64,000 bases of DNA from Patescibacteria group bacterium (GCA_038064975.1 JBBTRX010000002.1:64880-128879); one strand, 5' to 3'. Positions 36,656-47,349 are shown, numbered from the stretch's first letter. Made by a program: numbers and translations. Notes: generated by a model not told the origin, from the sequence alone.

Positions 36656-38329
36656 ATGTTTACAGAACTCCATAAAACATTTGATACGTTTACTGAACGG
36701 GAACGCGCTATCTTCAAAGGAGCCGCTCTCGTCTTTTCCGTTTCGCTTATTTTAAATAGCGCAAATATTTTTTATAAATCAACCGAACTCGCTCCTGTAG
36801 AAGGAGGAATTTACACCGAAGGCGTCGTTGGTCAGCCCATTGCATTAAATCCCTTGATCGCGGGGGCAAACGAAGCGGACAAAGATATTACGAAGCTCTT
36901 GTTTAGCGATTTAACCGATCTTATGGAAACGCACACTATAAGCGCGGACAATCGGACATGGACAATAACGCTCAAAGAAAATCTTACATGGAGCGACGGG
37001 AATAAATTAACGAGCGACGATATTATCTTTACACTGGAAACCGTGCAGGATCCTGAAGCTCACTCTCCCCAATTCGCGACATGGCAAGGAGTAAATGCCG
37101 AGCGGCTGAGCGAACGAGAAGTTCGTTTCATATTAAAAACGCCGTACGCATTTTTCCTTGATAATCTTTCTAATTTCCAAATCGCTCCCCAGCATATTTT
37201 TGGATCAATTCCGAGCGCGAATCTCCGCCTCTCCGATTACAATCTTGAACCCGTGGGAAGCGGCCCGTATAAATTTGAGGAATACATTAAGGGCAAAGAC
37301 GGCTTTATTACCGAATACAAGTTCGCAGTAAATCCAAACTACGCTGACCGATCCCCACTCATTAAGGAAATACGAATAAAATTCTTTCCGAGTTATGACG
37401 CGGCGATTCAAGGATTCAATCGCAGAGAGATTGACGGCTTGGGAGGGCTACGGGCACAAGACGTATCTGAAATCAAAGTGGGCTATCAACTGAAAGAACT
37501 TATCGTTCCCCGCTACTACGCCGTGTTCCTGAACCAGAATACGTCGCTCCAACTGCGAGATGATGCAGTGCGTGAAGCTCTTGCGCTTGCGACGAATCGC
37601 GACACAATTGTAAAAGACGTTTTTGAAAAGCGAGCGATTCCGGTATACGGTCCGATTTATCCGGGCATAGAAGGATACGAATCCGATGTTGCGGACGCCT
37701 ATCCATTCTCTTTGGAAAAAGCAGCGGAGTTGCTTGAAAAAGGCGGATGGGTAAAAGGAGCTGAAGGAATTCGGACAAAAATAGTGCAGGGTTCGGAACT
37801 TTCTCTTTCGTTTGAGTTAGTTGTTCCTGATATTGATTTTCTCGTAGAGACAGCAGAGATTCTCAAAAAAGATTGGGCAGAAATCGGCGTCGTCATAACT
37901 CCGATCGTCCTCTCCACACAAGAGATAGCGCAAAACGCAATCCGCACCAGAAATTACCAAATGCTGATTTTCGGTAACATCCTTAAAAATAATCCTGACG
38001 TGTTTTCGTTCTGGCACTCCACGGAACGATTCCGCCCAGGACTCAATTTGTCTCTCTATGAAAATTCAAAGGTTGATAGTATCCTAGAAGCAATCCGAAA
38101 GAACTTTAATCCGGAATCCCGTATTACGGAAGTAAAGAGTCTTCAAACCATGATAACGAATGATATTCCCGCGGTTTTCCTGTTCGCGCCGAACTATCTC
38201 TATGCGGCACCACGGCAGTTAGGAGGATTTTCAGCATCAGCAATACCTACGCCTTCGGATAGATTTGAACATGTAAGCGAGTGGTATTTGAAAACAGCTA
38301 GAGTGTTTAATTTACAGTCTCAAGAATAA
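36656..38329 (+). CDS. ABC transporter substrate-binding protein, family 5 (peptide/nickel)
   Basis: The size and motifs match an SBP_bac_5-like protein, with an N-terminal anchor. Confidence 0.65.
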   Translation: MFTELHKTFDTFTERERAIFKGAALVFSVSLILNSANIFYKSTELAPVEGGIYTEGVVGQPIALNPLIAGANEADKDITKLLFSDLTDLMETHTISADNRTWTITLKENLTWSDGNKLTSDDIIFTLETVQDPEAHSPQFATWQGVNAERLSEREVRFILKTPYAFFLDNLSNFQIAPQHIFGSIPSANLRLSDYNLEPVGSGPYKFEEYIKGKDGFITEYKFAVNPNYADRSPLIKEIRIKFFPSYDAAIQGFNRREIDGLGGLRAQDVSEIKVGYQLKELIVPRYYAVFLNQNTSLQLRDDAVREALALATNRDTIVKDVFEKRAIPVYGPIYPGIEGYESDVADAYPFSLEKAAELLEKGGWVKGAEGIRTKIVQGSELSLSFELVVPDIDFLVETAEILKKDWAEIGVVITPIVLSTQEIAQNAIRTRNYQMLIFGNILKNNPDVFSFWHSTERFRPGLNLSLYENSKVDSILEAIRKNFNPESRITEVKSLQTMITNDIPAVFLFAPNYLYAAPRQLGGFSASAIPTPSDRFEHVSEWYLKTARVFNLQSQE

Positions 38330-38335
38330 AAGAAA

Positions 38336-38421
38336 GGGCGAGTGGCGGAACGGCAGACGCGCTGGCTTCAGGAGCCAGTGGGAGCAATCCCGTGGAGGTT
38401 CGAATCCTCTCTCGCTCACCA
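38336..38421 (+). tRNA. tRNA-Leu (anticodon CAG), class II, CCA encoded
   Basis: 3-bp D-stem, anticodon stem CTGGC/GCCAG, loop TTCAGGA, a long variable arm and a T-loop TTCGAAT. Confidence 0.8.
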
Positions 38422-38535
38422 AGCTAATACTTTCGCGTATTTAATAATCACCGTCGAACGCAGGTATTAACTAACGCACAATACACATCATACAGACAAT
38501 CATTATTCATTAACCATTAATTAAACAGTCAAAAC

Positions 38536-40254
38536 ATGACACAACACAAACGTACGCGTCCCGTACAGAAAAAGGACGAAATTAAAAAGGATGAAAACGC
38601 AGTTCGCTTTATTCCTTTAGGCGGATTGGAAGAAGTTGGCAGAAATTGCTCACTCTTAGAATACAAGGACGAGATTATCGTTATCGACGTCGGTATTCAA
38701 TTTCCCGAAGAAGAAACTCCGGGTATTGATTACATCATTCCAAACATAACTTATTTGGAACCTCGAAAGCAGAATATCAGAGGGATTATCTTCACCCATG
38801 GCCATTACGACCACATCCATGCACTCCCATATTTGCTTGAGAAATTAGGGAATCCAGTCATCTATACAGCTCCATTCACAAAGGCATTAATTGAAAAGCG
38901 CCTCGTAGAATTTCCAAATCTTCCTAAGGCAAAGTTCATCATCATAAAAAACGGTGATCGCTTTAAGATTTCCGAAAATTTTGAAGCAGAATTCTTTGAT
39001 ATCAGTCACACCATCTACGATGCAATGGGAATGATAATTCATAGTCCTGCAGGAAAGCTTGTCCATTTTGGAGACTTTCGTCTTGATATAGATCGCAATG
39101 GAAAGCCAGTTAACTTAGAAACATTTGAGCGCTTGGGAAAAATGGGAGATATTCACACCATTTTCCTTGATAGCACAAACGCAACCAAGCTTGGTCACGC
39201 TATTTCCGAAGAATTGATTACTGAGAATCTTGAGGAATTACTCAAAAAAGCAAAGGGCCGGCTGATTATAGCAACATTCGCTTCCCTCTTAACACGCCTT
39301 AAGGCAATGGTTGCAATCGCAGAAAGAATAGGACGTAAGGTTGCTCTCAATGGACGCTCCATGAAAGACAATTTTGCCATTGCTCAATCTTTGGGATACA
39401 TAAAACCAAATCAGGGAACGATCATCACCGTAGAAGAGGTAAATAAATATCCGGACGAAAAGATTATGATTCTTACGACCGGCGGGCAGGGAGAACCGAA
39501 CGCAGGGCTTATGCGCATGGTAAACGGCGAGCACAGGCACGTAAGCCTTAAGACGAAGGATACCGTCGTCTTCTCTTCCTCCGTCGTTCCGGGTAATGAA
39601 CGGAGCGTACAAGCATTGCAAGACAATATTTCCCGCAAAGTTGATGAACTCTACAACTATTCATTTCTAGACATTCATGCTGGAGGACATTGTCACTCAG
39701 AAGACTTGAAACTCGTTATGAAGTTGGTAAAGCCAAAATACATCATTCCAATTCACGGCTATTACTTCATGCGCAAAAGCGTAATGAAGCTTGCCGAAGA
39801 AATTGGACTTAAACGGGAGCAAGTAGTTGTAATGGACAACGGAGAAGTAGCTCAGATTACGAAAGATAACTTCACAATTACTTCTGAAACTGTGCCGGCA
39901 TCTTACGTTATGGTGGACGGCCTTGGCGTCGGAGACGTTGAAGAAGTAGTGCTCCGCGATCGCAGAATGCTTTCCGCGGAAGGCATGATCGTTATTATCA
40001 TGACGCTGGAGCGCAAAACCGGGCGCATCGTAAAAAATCCGGATATCATTTCACGGGGATTTATTCTCATTAAAGACAATAAGCACCTCTTAGATGAAAT
40101 CCGAAAACGCCTGCGCAATCTTGTAGAGAGAATCCCCCGCCAAGAAGCGGAACCAGATTACGTAAAATCTCTTATTCGCGATCAGATTGGGCAATTTGTA
40201 TACTCAAAGACAAAACGCCGCCCAATGATTCTGCCGGTACTGATTGAAATCTAG
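38536..40254 (+). CDS. rnj: ribonuclease J
   Basis: Metallo-beta-lactamase HxHxDH motif (HGHYDHIHA), a beta-CASP domain and a C-terminal domain. Confidence 0.85.
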   Translation: MTQHKRTRPVQKKDEIKKDENAVRFIPLGGLEEVGRNCSLLEYKDEIIVIDVGIQFPEEETPGIDYIIPNITYLEPRKQNIRGIIFTHGHYDHIHALPYLLEKLGNPVIYTAPFTKALIEKRLVEFPNLPKAKFIIIKNGDRFKISENFEAEFFDISHTIYDAMGMIIHSPAGKLVHFGDFRLDIDRNGKPVNLETFERLGKMGDIHTIFLDSTNATKLGHAISEELITENLEELLKKAKGRLIIATFASLLTRLKAMVAIAERIGRKVALNGRSMKDNFAIAQSLGYIKPNQGTIITVEEVNKYPDEKIMILTTGGQGEPNAGLMRMVNGEHRHVSLKTKDTVVFSSSVVPGNERSVQALQDNISRKVDELYNYSFLDIHAGGHCHSEDLKLVMKLVKPKYIIPIHGYYFMRKSVMKLAEEIGLKREQVVVMDNGEVAQITKDNFTITSETVPASYVMVDGLGVGDVEEVVLRDRRMLSAEGMIVIIMTLERKTGRIVKNPDIISRGFILIKDNKHLLDEIRKRLRNLVERIPRQEAEPDYVKSLIRDQIGQFVYSKTKRRPMILPVLIEI

Positions 40255-40255
40255 A

Positions 40256-40290
40256 AAAAAAACTCCCGAAATTCGGGAGTTTTTTGTTTG
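40256..40290. terminator. bidirectional terminator
   Basis: AAAAAAACTCCCGAAATTCGGGAGTTTTTTGTTT sits between the convergent rnj and ileS genes. Confidence 0.6.
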
Positions 40291-43200
40291 CTATTTTGCT
40301 CGGCGGATACCGACAACGATCGTTTCCTGATCAAGTTTTGTTTCTTGTTTTGCATCAAATGGCCGAGTCTCCATCCATGAGGCAGCGGCAAAATCCATTT
40401 CCTTCGCGCCAACCATACGAAGAAGCGTATCTTTATTCTTTTCAATCTGCTCCTGTAGTAATACAGACGCGGCAATCGTGATCATTACCGTATCTTTAAT
40501 GTCATATCCGGCATCTTGGCGAAGTTTTTGAATCATACGAGAAAGTTCGCGCATGAGCCCCTCGGCGCGCAATTCCGGAGTAATCGTGGCGTCCAATACA
40601 GTGTCCGCCCCTTGATCCTTTGAAAATACAATGTGCTTAACATTCACTTCGTCAGCTAAAATCGCGAGCAAAGCAGAATCTTTCACGGAAAGGATTTTTG
40701 TAACAATAGAGAGAGTGGAGAGCGGCTGGCGGATTTTTATTCCCAACTTTTCCCGTTCTGCGAGTGCAAGGTTCGCAAGGCGGCGCACTTCTTCCATGGC
40801 TTGGATCATTTTTTTATCGCTCACGCTCATAGTAATTTTTGGCCACAGAGCGATATGTACAGAATGCGATCCGGTCTTCTCCTTCTTCGTCGCGACAGCT
40901 TGGTATAGTCCTTCGCTGAAAAACGGAGCGAAAGGCGCCATATATTTTGAGAGCGTTACTAGAACAGTCTGAAGTGTTTTTGGCGAAACATTTTTTCGGC
41001 TCCTGCGAATATACCAGCGAGAAAGATCGTCGAGAAAAGTCTCCAGCGCCTTTGCTGCCGAATATACGTCGTATACATCCAGCTTCTTTGAAACCGTAAG
41101 TCCTACTTCGTTCAGACGGGCAAGAATCCACTGATCAAGTGCGGGAAGCGGATTGTGCTTTTCATGCTCGTACATTTTAGAAAACGCGAATGAGTTGTAC
41201 GTAATCAAGAAAACTTTACGGAACACCGTCTTCAAATCATCTTCGTTAAACCGCTTTGGCTCTCCTGGATCATTTAACGTAAAGAAATACCAGCGCACTG
41301 CATCAACGCCATGCGTCCCAATAAGCTGCCATGGATCAATAACATTGCCTTTGGATTTAGACATCTTCGCCCCATGCTTATCCAAAATATGCCCCAGAGA
41401 GATTACATTCTTGTATGGTTCTTTTTTGCCGAGAAGCGTTGAAACGGCAAGGAGGGTATAGAACCAACCGCGCGTCTGATCAACCGCTTCAGTAATATAA
41501 TCCGCCGGGAACTGTTTTTTACCATCCACCATCCCTTTGTGTTCAAACGGATAATGCCATGACGCAAAAGGCATTGCTCCGGAATCAAACCATACGTCCG
41601 CGACGTCAGGAATGCGTCTCATAGTTTTCCCGCAATCAGGACACTGTAATACTATTTCATCAATAAATGGCCGATGAGGGTCAATGGTCCCCGTCTCGTT
41701 ATAGGGAAGGTTCATAACTGTACGACTGATCCATTTTCCAGGCAGGATATACTCCGCTTCTTTAATCTCTGCCGTAAGGTTCATGCCATCCAAAATTGCA
41801 CTCAAAACCCATAAAGGATCGCCGTGGCTCACAACCGCGATACGCTTGCCAGCGTACTGTGCACGGACATCTTTCATAAAACTCGTAACACGCCGGGCAA
41901 GATCAATGAGCGTTTCCCCTCCTTCGGGCGTTTTCGTGAACCGTTCCTCAAAGCTATTAAAGAATGCATGGTAATCATCTACGGGAGCCCGATTAAAAAC
42001 TCCGACATTAATTTCCCGTATGCGCTCGTCGTACACAATTTCCGCTCCCGTTGCTTCACTTACAATTTCCGCCGTTTCTTTAGCACGAGCGAAAGGCGAT
42101 GAGATAATAAGATCAATCTTTTTCTTTTTTAAATCTGCACCAGCTTTCTTTGCTTGTGTTTTCCCTTTAGCCGTAAGGAGCGAAGGACGCTCGTCATCCC
42201 CTGCCATTTGATTCTTCGTATTATGTTCCGCCTCGCCGTGGCGGATCAAGAAAAATTCCGCTTGAGGAAGCGCATGTTTTTCTAAGTCTTCAAACGATCC
42301 CGCAACAAACGTATGTACACATATCTCGCCCTTCCAAATTGGAAGCGGCGTTCCCCAATACCGGTTGCGGGATATTGCCCAATCTTTCAGTTCCTTTAAC
42401 CACTCACCAAACCTTCCCTCGCGCACATGGCTTGGGATCCAATTCACGCGAGCATTCTCTGCAATAAGCTGACTCTTCAATTCACTCATGCGGATGAACC
42501 ATGAATTCCGTGCGTAATAGATAAGAGCAGTCCCGCATCTCCAGCAATGCGGATACTCGTGGGTATACTGTTCGGTTTTTAAGAGCAGATTTTTTGACTG
42601 CAGATATTCAATAATTGTCGTTTCCGTCAATTTTGCTTTTACAAAACGTCCCGCAAGATCTTTTACTTCGTCAGTGAACTTTCCTTCCTCCGTTACGGTA
42701 TGTTTCTGTGGCAAGCCAATTTTGACGCCAAGTTCATAATCGTCTTCTCCGTACATGACTGCGGTATGCACAACACCCGTGCCATCTTCAGTTGTTACAA
42801 AATCAGCCGCATATACGCGGTGCGATTTCTCACTCCGGAGCGATGGAATATCAAAAAGCGGCTCGTATTCCAATTCTATTAAGTCTTTTCCCTTCACGGT
42901 TACAACAACCTCTCCCAATACCTCTTTAAGTGAGGAGTCGTGAGCAACTACAGCATATTCTCCGTTTTGGGAGCGCACGACATAGGAGATATTTTTCCCT
43001 ACCGCGAGAGCGACGTTGCCCGGCAAAGTCCACGGCGTTGTAGTCCACGAGAGAATATAGGTATTGTCTGTTGTTTTCCAATTCCCTATTTTTTGGCCCG
43101 GCTTTAATTTGAACTTTACATAGACTGACGTATCAGTCACTTCCTTGTATCCTTGGGCAAGCTCGTGAGAAGAGAGCGCGGTTCCGCATCGCGTGCACCA

Positions 43201-43734
43201 CGGAATAATCTTATGCCCTTCGTAGAGTAGTTTTTTCTTCCAGACTTCTTTAAATATCCAAAATAAAGATTCAATATATGATGAATCCGAGGTTACATAC
43301 GCGTTCTCCCTATCCAACCAAAATCCAATGCGTTCGGTAAAGTTTTCCCACTCCGTGCGATATCTCCAAACGGAAGCGCGCGCTTTTTCATTAAACTGCG
43401 CGATGCCATACCGTTCTATATCCTGTTTGTTCCGAAGTCCCAGTTCTTTTTCCACTTCAATTTCAACCGGAAGCCCATGAGTGTCCCATCCTGCTCTCCG
43501 TAAAATAGAATGCCCGCGCATCGTTTTGTAGCGCAAAATAATATCCTTAAACGCACGGACAAGAATATGATGCGTGCCGGGACGGCCATTTGCAGTCGGA
43601 GGGCCTTCAAAAAAACGGAATGGCTTCCCCCGCTTTCGTGCAGCGGTCGTTTTTGGAAAGATTTGATTTTCTTTCCAGAATTTCAGAACTTGCTCCTCAA
43701 GTTCCGGTAAATTGAATTTATCTTTTTCAAGCAT
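40291..43734 (-). CDS. ileS: isoleucine--tRNA ligase carrying an inserted histidine-phosphatase (PGAM-like) domain
   Basis: PTANGRPGTHH and KMSKSKGN motifs identify IleRS. About 230 aa are inserted between WGTPLPIW and DVWFDSG. The insert contains RHGEAEHN, IDLIISSPFARAKETAE, SHGD, and a CPDC zinc knuckle. Confidence 0.9.
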   Translation of the reverse strand: MLEKDKFNLPELEEQVLKFWKENQIFPKTTAARKRGKPFRFFEGPPTANGRPGTHHILVRAFKDIILRYKTMRGHSILRRAGWDTHGLPVEIEVEKELGLRNKQDIERYGIAQFNEKARASVWRYRTEWENFTERIGFWLDRENAYVTSDSSYIESLFWIFKEVWKKKLLYEGHKIIPWCTRCGTALSSHELAQGYKEVTDTSVYVKFKLKPGQKIGNWKTTDNTYILSWTTTPWTLPGNVALAVGKNISYVVRSQNGEYAVVAHDSSLKEVLGEVVVTVKGKDLIELEYEPLFDIPSLRSEKSHRVYAADFVTTEDGTGVVHTAVMYGEDDYELGVKIGLPQKHTVTEEGKFTDEVKDLAGRFVKAKLTETTIIEYLQSKNLLLKTEQYTHEYPHCWRCGTALIYYARNSWFIRMSELKSQLIAENARVNWIPSHVREGRFGEWLKELKDWAISRNRYWGTPLPIWKGEICVHTFVAGSFEDLEKHALPQAEFFLIRHGEAEHNTKNQMAGDDERPSLLTAKGKTQAKKAGADLKKKKIDLIISSPFARAKETAEIVSEATGAEIVYDERIREINVGVFNRAPVDDYHAFFNSFEERFTKTPEGGETLIDLARRVTSFMKDVRAQYAGKRIAVVSHGDPLWVLSAILDGMNLTAEIKEAEYILPGKWISRTVMNLPYNETGTIDPHRPFIDEIVLQCPDCGKTMRRIPDVADVWFDSGAMPFASWHYPFEHKGMVDGKKQFPADYITEAVDQTRGWFYTLLAVSTLLGKKEPYKNVISLGHILDKHGAKMSKSKGNVIDPWQLIGTHGVDAVRWYFFTLNDPGEPKRFNEDDLKTVFRKVFLITYNSFAFSKMYEHEKHNPLPALDQWILARLNEVGLTVSKKLDVYDVYSAAKALETFLDDLSRWYIRRSRKNVSPKTLQTVLVTLSKYMAPFAPFFSEGLYQAVATKKEKTGSHSVHIALWPKITMSVSDKKMIQAMEEVRRLANLALAEREKLGIKIRQPLSTLSIVTKILSVKDSALLAILADEVNVKHIVFSKDQGADTVLDATITPELRAEGLMRELSRMIQKLRQDAGYDIKDTVMITIAASVLLQEQIEKNKDTLLRMVGAKEMDFAAASWMETRPFDAKQETKLDQETIVVGIRRAK

Positions 43735-43747
43735 ACGAGTTTTGGTT

Positions 43748-45460
43748 TTACATTGTTTCTACGGTTTGAATTCCTAAAAGAGTAAGACCAGTATTAAGGG
43801 TTTCTGCAGCGGAAGCAACGAGTGAGATGCGTGAACGTCGCATTTCCTTTTCTGCTTTTAAGACCGGGATATTTTCATAAAATGAATTTACGGTTTTCGC
43901 GAGCTCGTAGAGATATTCCGCAAGGTAATGAGGAAAGAATGTCTCCCGCACCTTATCTAAAACTCCCGGGAACCGCATAACCATAATGGCGAGATTACGC
44001 TCCGCATCGTTTGTGAATACTACTTTACCGCGAGAAAACCTCCCCGCCTTGCGGAGGATGCTTTTGATACGAGCATAGGAATAGAGCAAGTATGGAGCGC
44101 TATTCCCTTCAAACGACAGCATAGCATCCCAGCGGAACGTAATATCACTCTGCCGATTCTGGGAAAGATCGTTATATTTCAATGCTGCAATGCCGACAGC
44201 TTTCGCTATTTTTTCCCGCTTCCGTTTCGTGATATCAGCTCGCTTTTCATCAACAATCTTTTGCGCTCGATCTACCGCCTCGTGAATTACTTCAAGAAGC
44301 GCGACGTGTCTGCCCGCGCGCGTGGAAAGCTTTTTCATATCTTCTGCGAGCACGAGACCAAACTTTACGTGCATGAGTTGCATAGACCCTACAAACCCTA
44401 ACTTCTCTGCAGATCGAAATAATTGTTCAAAGTGCAAGCTTTGCCCGTTATCTACAACATAGAGAACGGTATCCGCTTTGAATTTTTCTCTGCGATATTT
44501 AATCGCGGCAAGATCAGTCGTGGAATATAAAAACGCCTCATCGCTTTTCTGAATAACAAACGAAGGAATCCCCTCGTGCGGGATAATAACCGCTCCTTCG
44601 CTCCGCTCTGCGATTCCCCGATAGAGAGCTTCCTGCACTATTTCAGGAAGCATAGATTTATAAAAACTTTCTCCTAAGTAATAATCAAACGAAACGCCAA
44701 GCAGAGAGTATGCTTTTTTGAATTCAGCAAGACTGATTTTATAAAACAGTTTCCAAATCGCCGTGTTTTCGCGGTCTCCTTCTTGTAGTTTTTTTGTCTC
44801 TCTGCGCGCACTCTCTTCCAATTCAGGATTCTCTTTCATCCTCGCCGTATAATCTACATACAGCACCAGCAAATCTTCTATCTTTATATTTGATTTTTTA
44901 TTTTTGAGATTTGAGATTTCTTTGTATGCCGCGATCAAAACACCGAATTGCTTTCCCCAATCTCCTAAATGGTTATCGCCCACAGTTTTCCATCCTGAAA
45001 AGGCGAACACATTATAAAGCGCAGCTCCGATAATCGTGGAACGCAAATGCGCCACGCTCATCGGCTTTGCGATATTAGGATGCGAATAATCAATAACAAT
45101 CGTCTTTTTCTCATTCTTTGTGGGCTTGCCCGACCCAGCTCGAGAGGCGGGTCTGCCCCATTTCTTTCCTGCGCTAAGCACGCCCTTCATTCCTTCTTCT
45201 AGTGCAGAATCTGAAAGCCAAAAATTAATAAATCCGGGACGAGCAACCTCAACCCGCGAGAGAAGATGCATCCCTTTTTCCCTCGCGTCCTTTGCAATCT
45301 GTTCCGCAATCGTAAGCGGTGCTTCACCGCGCACGCTAGCAAGTTTCATCGCAACGTTTGTAGCATAATGACCAAAATCAGGACGCGCGGATGGCTCCAC
45401 CGAAAAATCAATTGATTCAGGGATTAGTGATTTCAAAAAAAGATTCAACTGTTCTTCCAT
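43748..45460 (-). CDS. argS: arginine--tRNA ligase
   Basis: Class I Rossmann core, and the C-terminal anticodon-binding DALR domain of ArgRS. Confidence 0.85.
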   Translation of the reverse strand: MEEQLNLFLKSLIPESIDFSVEPSARPDFGHYATNVAMKLASVRGEAPLTIAEQIAKDAREKGMHLLSRVEVARPGFINFWLSDSALEEGMKGVLSAGKKWGRPASRAGSGKPTKNEKKTIVIDYSHPNIAKPMSVAHLRSTIIGAALYNVFAFSGWKTVGDNHLGDWGKQFGVLIAAYKEISNLKNKKSNIKIEDLLVLYVDYTARMKENPELEESARRETKKLQEGDRENTAIWKLFYKISLAEFKKAYSLLGVSFDYYLGESFYKSMLPEIVQEALYRGIAERSEGAVIIPHEGIPSFVIQKSDEAFLYSTTDLAAIKYRREKFKADTVLYVVDNGQSLHFEQLFRSAEKLGFVGSMQLMHVKFGLVLAEDMKKLSTRAGRHVALLEVIHEAVDRAQKIVDEKRADITKRKREKIAKAVGIAALKYNDLSQNRQSDITFRWDAMLSFEGNSAPYLLYSYARIKSILRKAGRFSRGKVVFTNDAERNLAIMVMRFPGVLDKVRETFFPHYLAEYLYELAKTVNSFYENIPVLKAEKEMRRSRISLVASAAETLNTGLTLLGIQTVETM

Positions 45461-45472
45461 ATATATGAATGT

Positions 45473-46156
45473 TTATGCCGTCTGCAAAGCTCGATTTTGC
45501 CATGCGCAAAACTGGCATGCGCTTCCGATATCAGGAATATCACGTTCAATTGTTTTCACTGCATCGCGAAATGCTTTCCGTGCGTCATCAGCAGATGTTT
45601 TTACTTCCTTTACTTCAACGGTGAAATTAACTTGCCCGCCCGGCTGAAGCTCTTTGGGAATAAAATAAATAAGATAGGCGTACCCTGGTTGTGGCAGATT
45701 ATTTTCTTCAAGGAGTAAAGAGTAGCAATTCAGCTGATTTTTATAGAATCCTTCCCCTCCCTCCTTAAGCTCAAAGCCTCGCGTTTTATAATCCACCGGA
45801 ATATAGCCGTCTTCGTTTACGATACAGTCATCGAGCGCCCCCACCATAACAGCGTCCAAAGATTTTTCATAAAAGCTAAGTCCGCCCTTCCATCCACGCC
45901 ACCGGTTCAAAATTTCAGAGTCCGCAAAAAGCTTACCTTTAACCTGCCCGTCAATTTCCGGAGGAAGCTTACCGACGGCCCGATAGCGATCAAAATATTT
46001 CTTTATTACGATATCCATGCCGCTCGGGAGCGAAGGAAAAGGCCCGCGAGGGCGTGGACGCTCTGCTCGATATTCCAGCCAAAAGCACCGGGGACAATCC
46101 AGAAATACATTAAGAGAGGATGGAGAAAGTCGCAATTTGCCGCTTGATGTAGTCAT
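45473..46156 (-). CDS. PD-(D/E)XK nuclease with Fe-S cysteines (Cas4/AddB-like)
   Basis: An N-terminal Cys (LDCPRCFWLEY), a D..(D/E)YK core (IPVDYKT) and a C-terminal C..CxxC. There are no cas genes nearby. Confidence 0.55.
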   Translation of the reverse strand: MTTSSGKLRLSPSSLNVFLDCPRCFWLEYRAERPRPRGPFPSLPSGMDIVIKKYFDRYRAVGKLPPEIDGQVKGKLFADSEILNRWRGWKGGLSFYEKSLDAVMVGALDDCIVNEDGYIPVDYKTRGFELKEGGEGFYKNQLNCYSLLLEENNLPQPGYAYLIYFIPKELQPGGQVNFTVEVKEVKTSADDARKAFRDAVKTIERDIPDIGSACQFCAWQNRALQTA

Positions 46157-46207
46157 TTCAGGTAGTGGGAATCCAACTGCTATAACGTGTAGTATATCAT
46201 TTTTACC

Positions 46208-46681
46208 TTGATTTTCGGTATACTTCCAGAGATGAATACCCTATCAGAAAACAAACGAGCCCGCTTTGATTATGAGGTGTTAGATACCTACGAAGCAGGG
46301 ATCGAGCTTAAGGGCTTTGAAGTAAAGTCCGTAAAGAACGGCAGGATGAATCTTGCCGGTACGTTTGTAGTACCTAAAGGGAATGAGCTCTATCTCTTAA
46401 ACGCCGACATTTCACCCTATCAGGCAAACAATACGCCGAAAGACTATGATTCCAAACGTTCCCGTAGAATACTTTTGAAACACGCGGAGATCAAAGAACT
46501 CATCGGGAAAATCACTTCCACAAGCTTGACATTAGTCCCATTAAGAGTGTATAATAAAGGTCGCCTCGTGAAAGTTGAGATTGCGCTCGTAAAACCGAAA
46601 AAGAAGTATGACAAGCGCGAAACTACAAAAAAACGCGAAGCGAAACGGATGATCGGGAGAACATTGAAAAGGGAACAATAA
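46208..46681 (+). CDS. smpB: SsrA-binding protein SmpB
   Basis: RARFDYEVLDTYEAGIELKGFEVKS N-terminus and a basic C-terminal tail. Confidence 0.85.
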   Translation: MIFGILPEMNTLSENKRARFDYEVLDTYEAGIELKGFEVKSVKNGRMNLAGTFVVPKGNELYLLNADISPYQANNTPKDYDSKRSRRILLKHAEIKELIGKITSTSLTLVPLRVYNKGRLVKVEIALVKPKKKYDKRETTKKREAKRMIGRTLKREQ

Positions 46682-46746
46682 ACGATAGATAATGGACGAT
46701 GTATAATTTGTCTCATTATTTATTGTTCATCGTTAATCATTAGTAT

Positions 46747-47088
46747 GGGGATGCCGGGCTTCGATAAGGCATATTCTCTACAGATGGCATGCCGAGCCGC
46801 AATATCTCGTTAACCTGTTGCAAACTATAACTGCAAACCACAAAGTTGCAGCACCAGCATTTGCCTTTGCGTAAGTGCGTGGTGTCCCCTTCCATTAATG
46901 GAAGGGCATCGGTCCTGACGCTTCATAGGGATTAACCGGTGTTATATCTGATGCTCAAGATGCGCGAAGATTAGGATTCGTCGGCACGCATTCGAAAACC
47001 AAATGAATTCTTTGTTTCTTTTGAAACTAAGCATGTAGAAGTTTGTTCTGAACATCCTTAGATGTGGGTTCAACTCCCACCATCTCCA
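46747..47088 (+). ncRNA. ssrA: transfer-messenger RNA (tmRNA, ssrA)
   Basis: 5' GGGGATG pairs with 3' CATCTCC and includes a G3:U pair. There is a tRNA-like T-arm (GTGGGTTCAACTCCCAC). An internal tag ORF, with resume codon GCA, encodes ANHKVAAPAFAFA followed by a stop. The gene lies next to smpB. Confidence 0.8.
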
Positions 47089-47098
47089 CAAATAAAAA

Positions 47099-47130
47099 TA
47101 GCTCGCCGTTATGGCGAGTTGTTTTTATTT
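47099..47130 (+). terminator. rho-independent terminator after tmRNA
   Basis: CTCGCCgttatGGCGAG followed by TTGTTTTTATTT. Confidence 0.6.
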
Positions 47131-47276
47131 CATGGTGGGAGTTGAACTGAAAGGAGGGGTCGGGAGGAGAGGTATTCCTCCCGTGGAGGAAAAAATCCAG
47201 CAACGCTGGATGAGTTAAAAACCGACGGTTTTTAAAAGGAGTGAAACGACGCGTGAAATTCCCACCATCTCCACCA
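47131..47276 (+). repeat. tRNA-3'-end-associated structured repeat, copy E (subtype 1), downstream of tmRNA
   Basis: The 5' end catggtgggagttgaac is the antisense of the tmRNA T-arm. The 3' end ttcccaccatctccacca mimics the tmRNA 3' end. The subtype-1 core motifs are present, with a variable hairpin TCCAGCgttGCTGGA. Confidence 0.8.
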
Positions 47277-47349
47277 TTTTGACACCCGCGCAGAAACTAG
47301 GGTATTTTGTGTTTAGTTCCCTCCCTAGTTCATCGACAAGGAGATAGCC

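Noticed and set aside
47262-47279. Idea that copy E encodes a post-transcriptionally added CCA, which would be evidence of reverse transcription from mature tmRNA
   Set aside because: It rests on a single nucleotide difference, CACCA versus gene CACAA. Other copies, such as A, instead copy the gene's DNA trailer (ACAGAA), and copy G lacks the encoded CCA. The duplicates are therefore DNA-derived and the CCA in E is probably chance.
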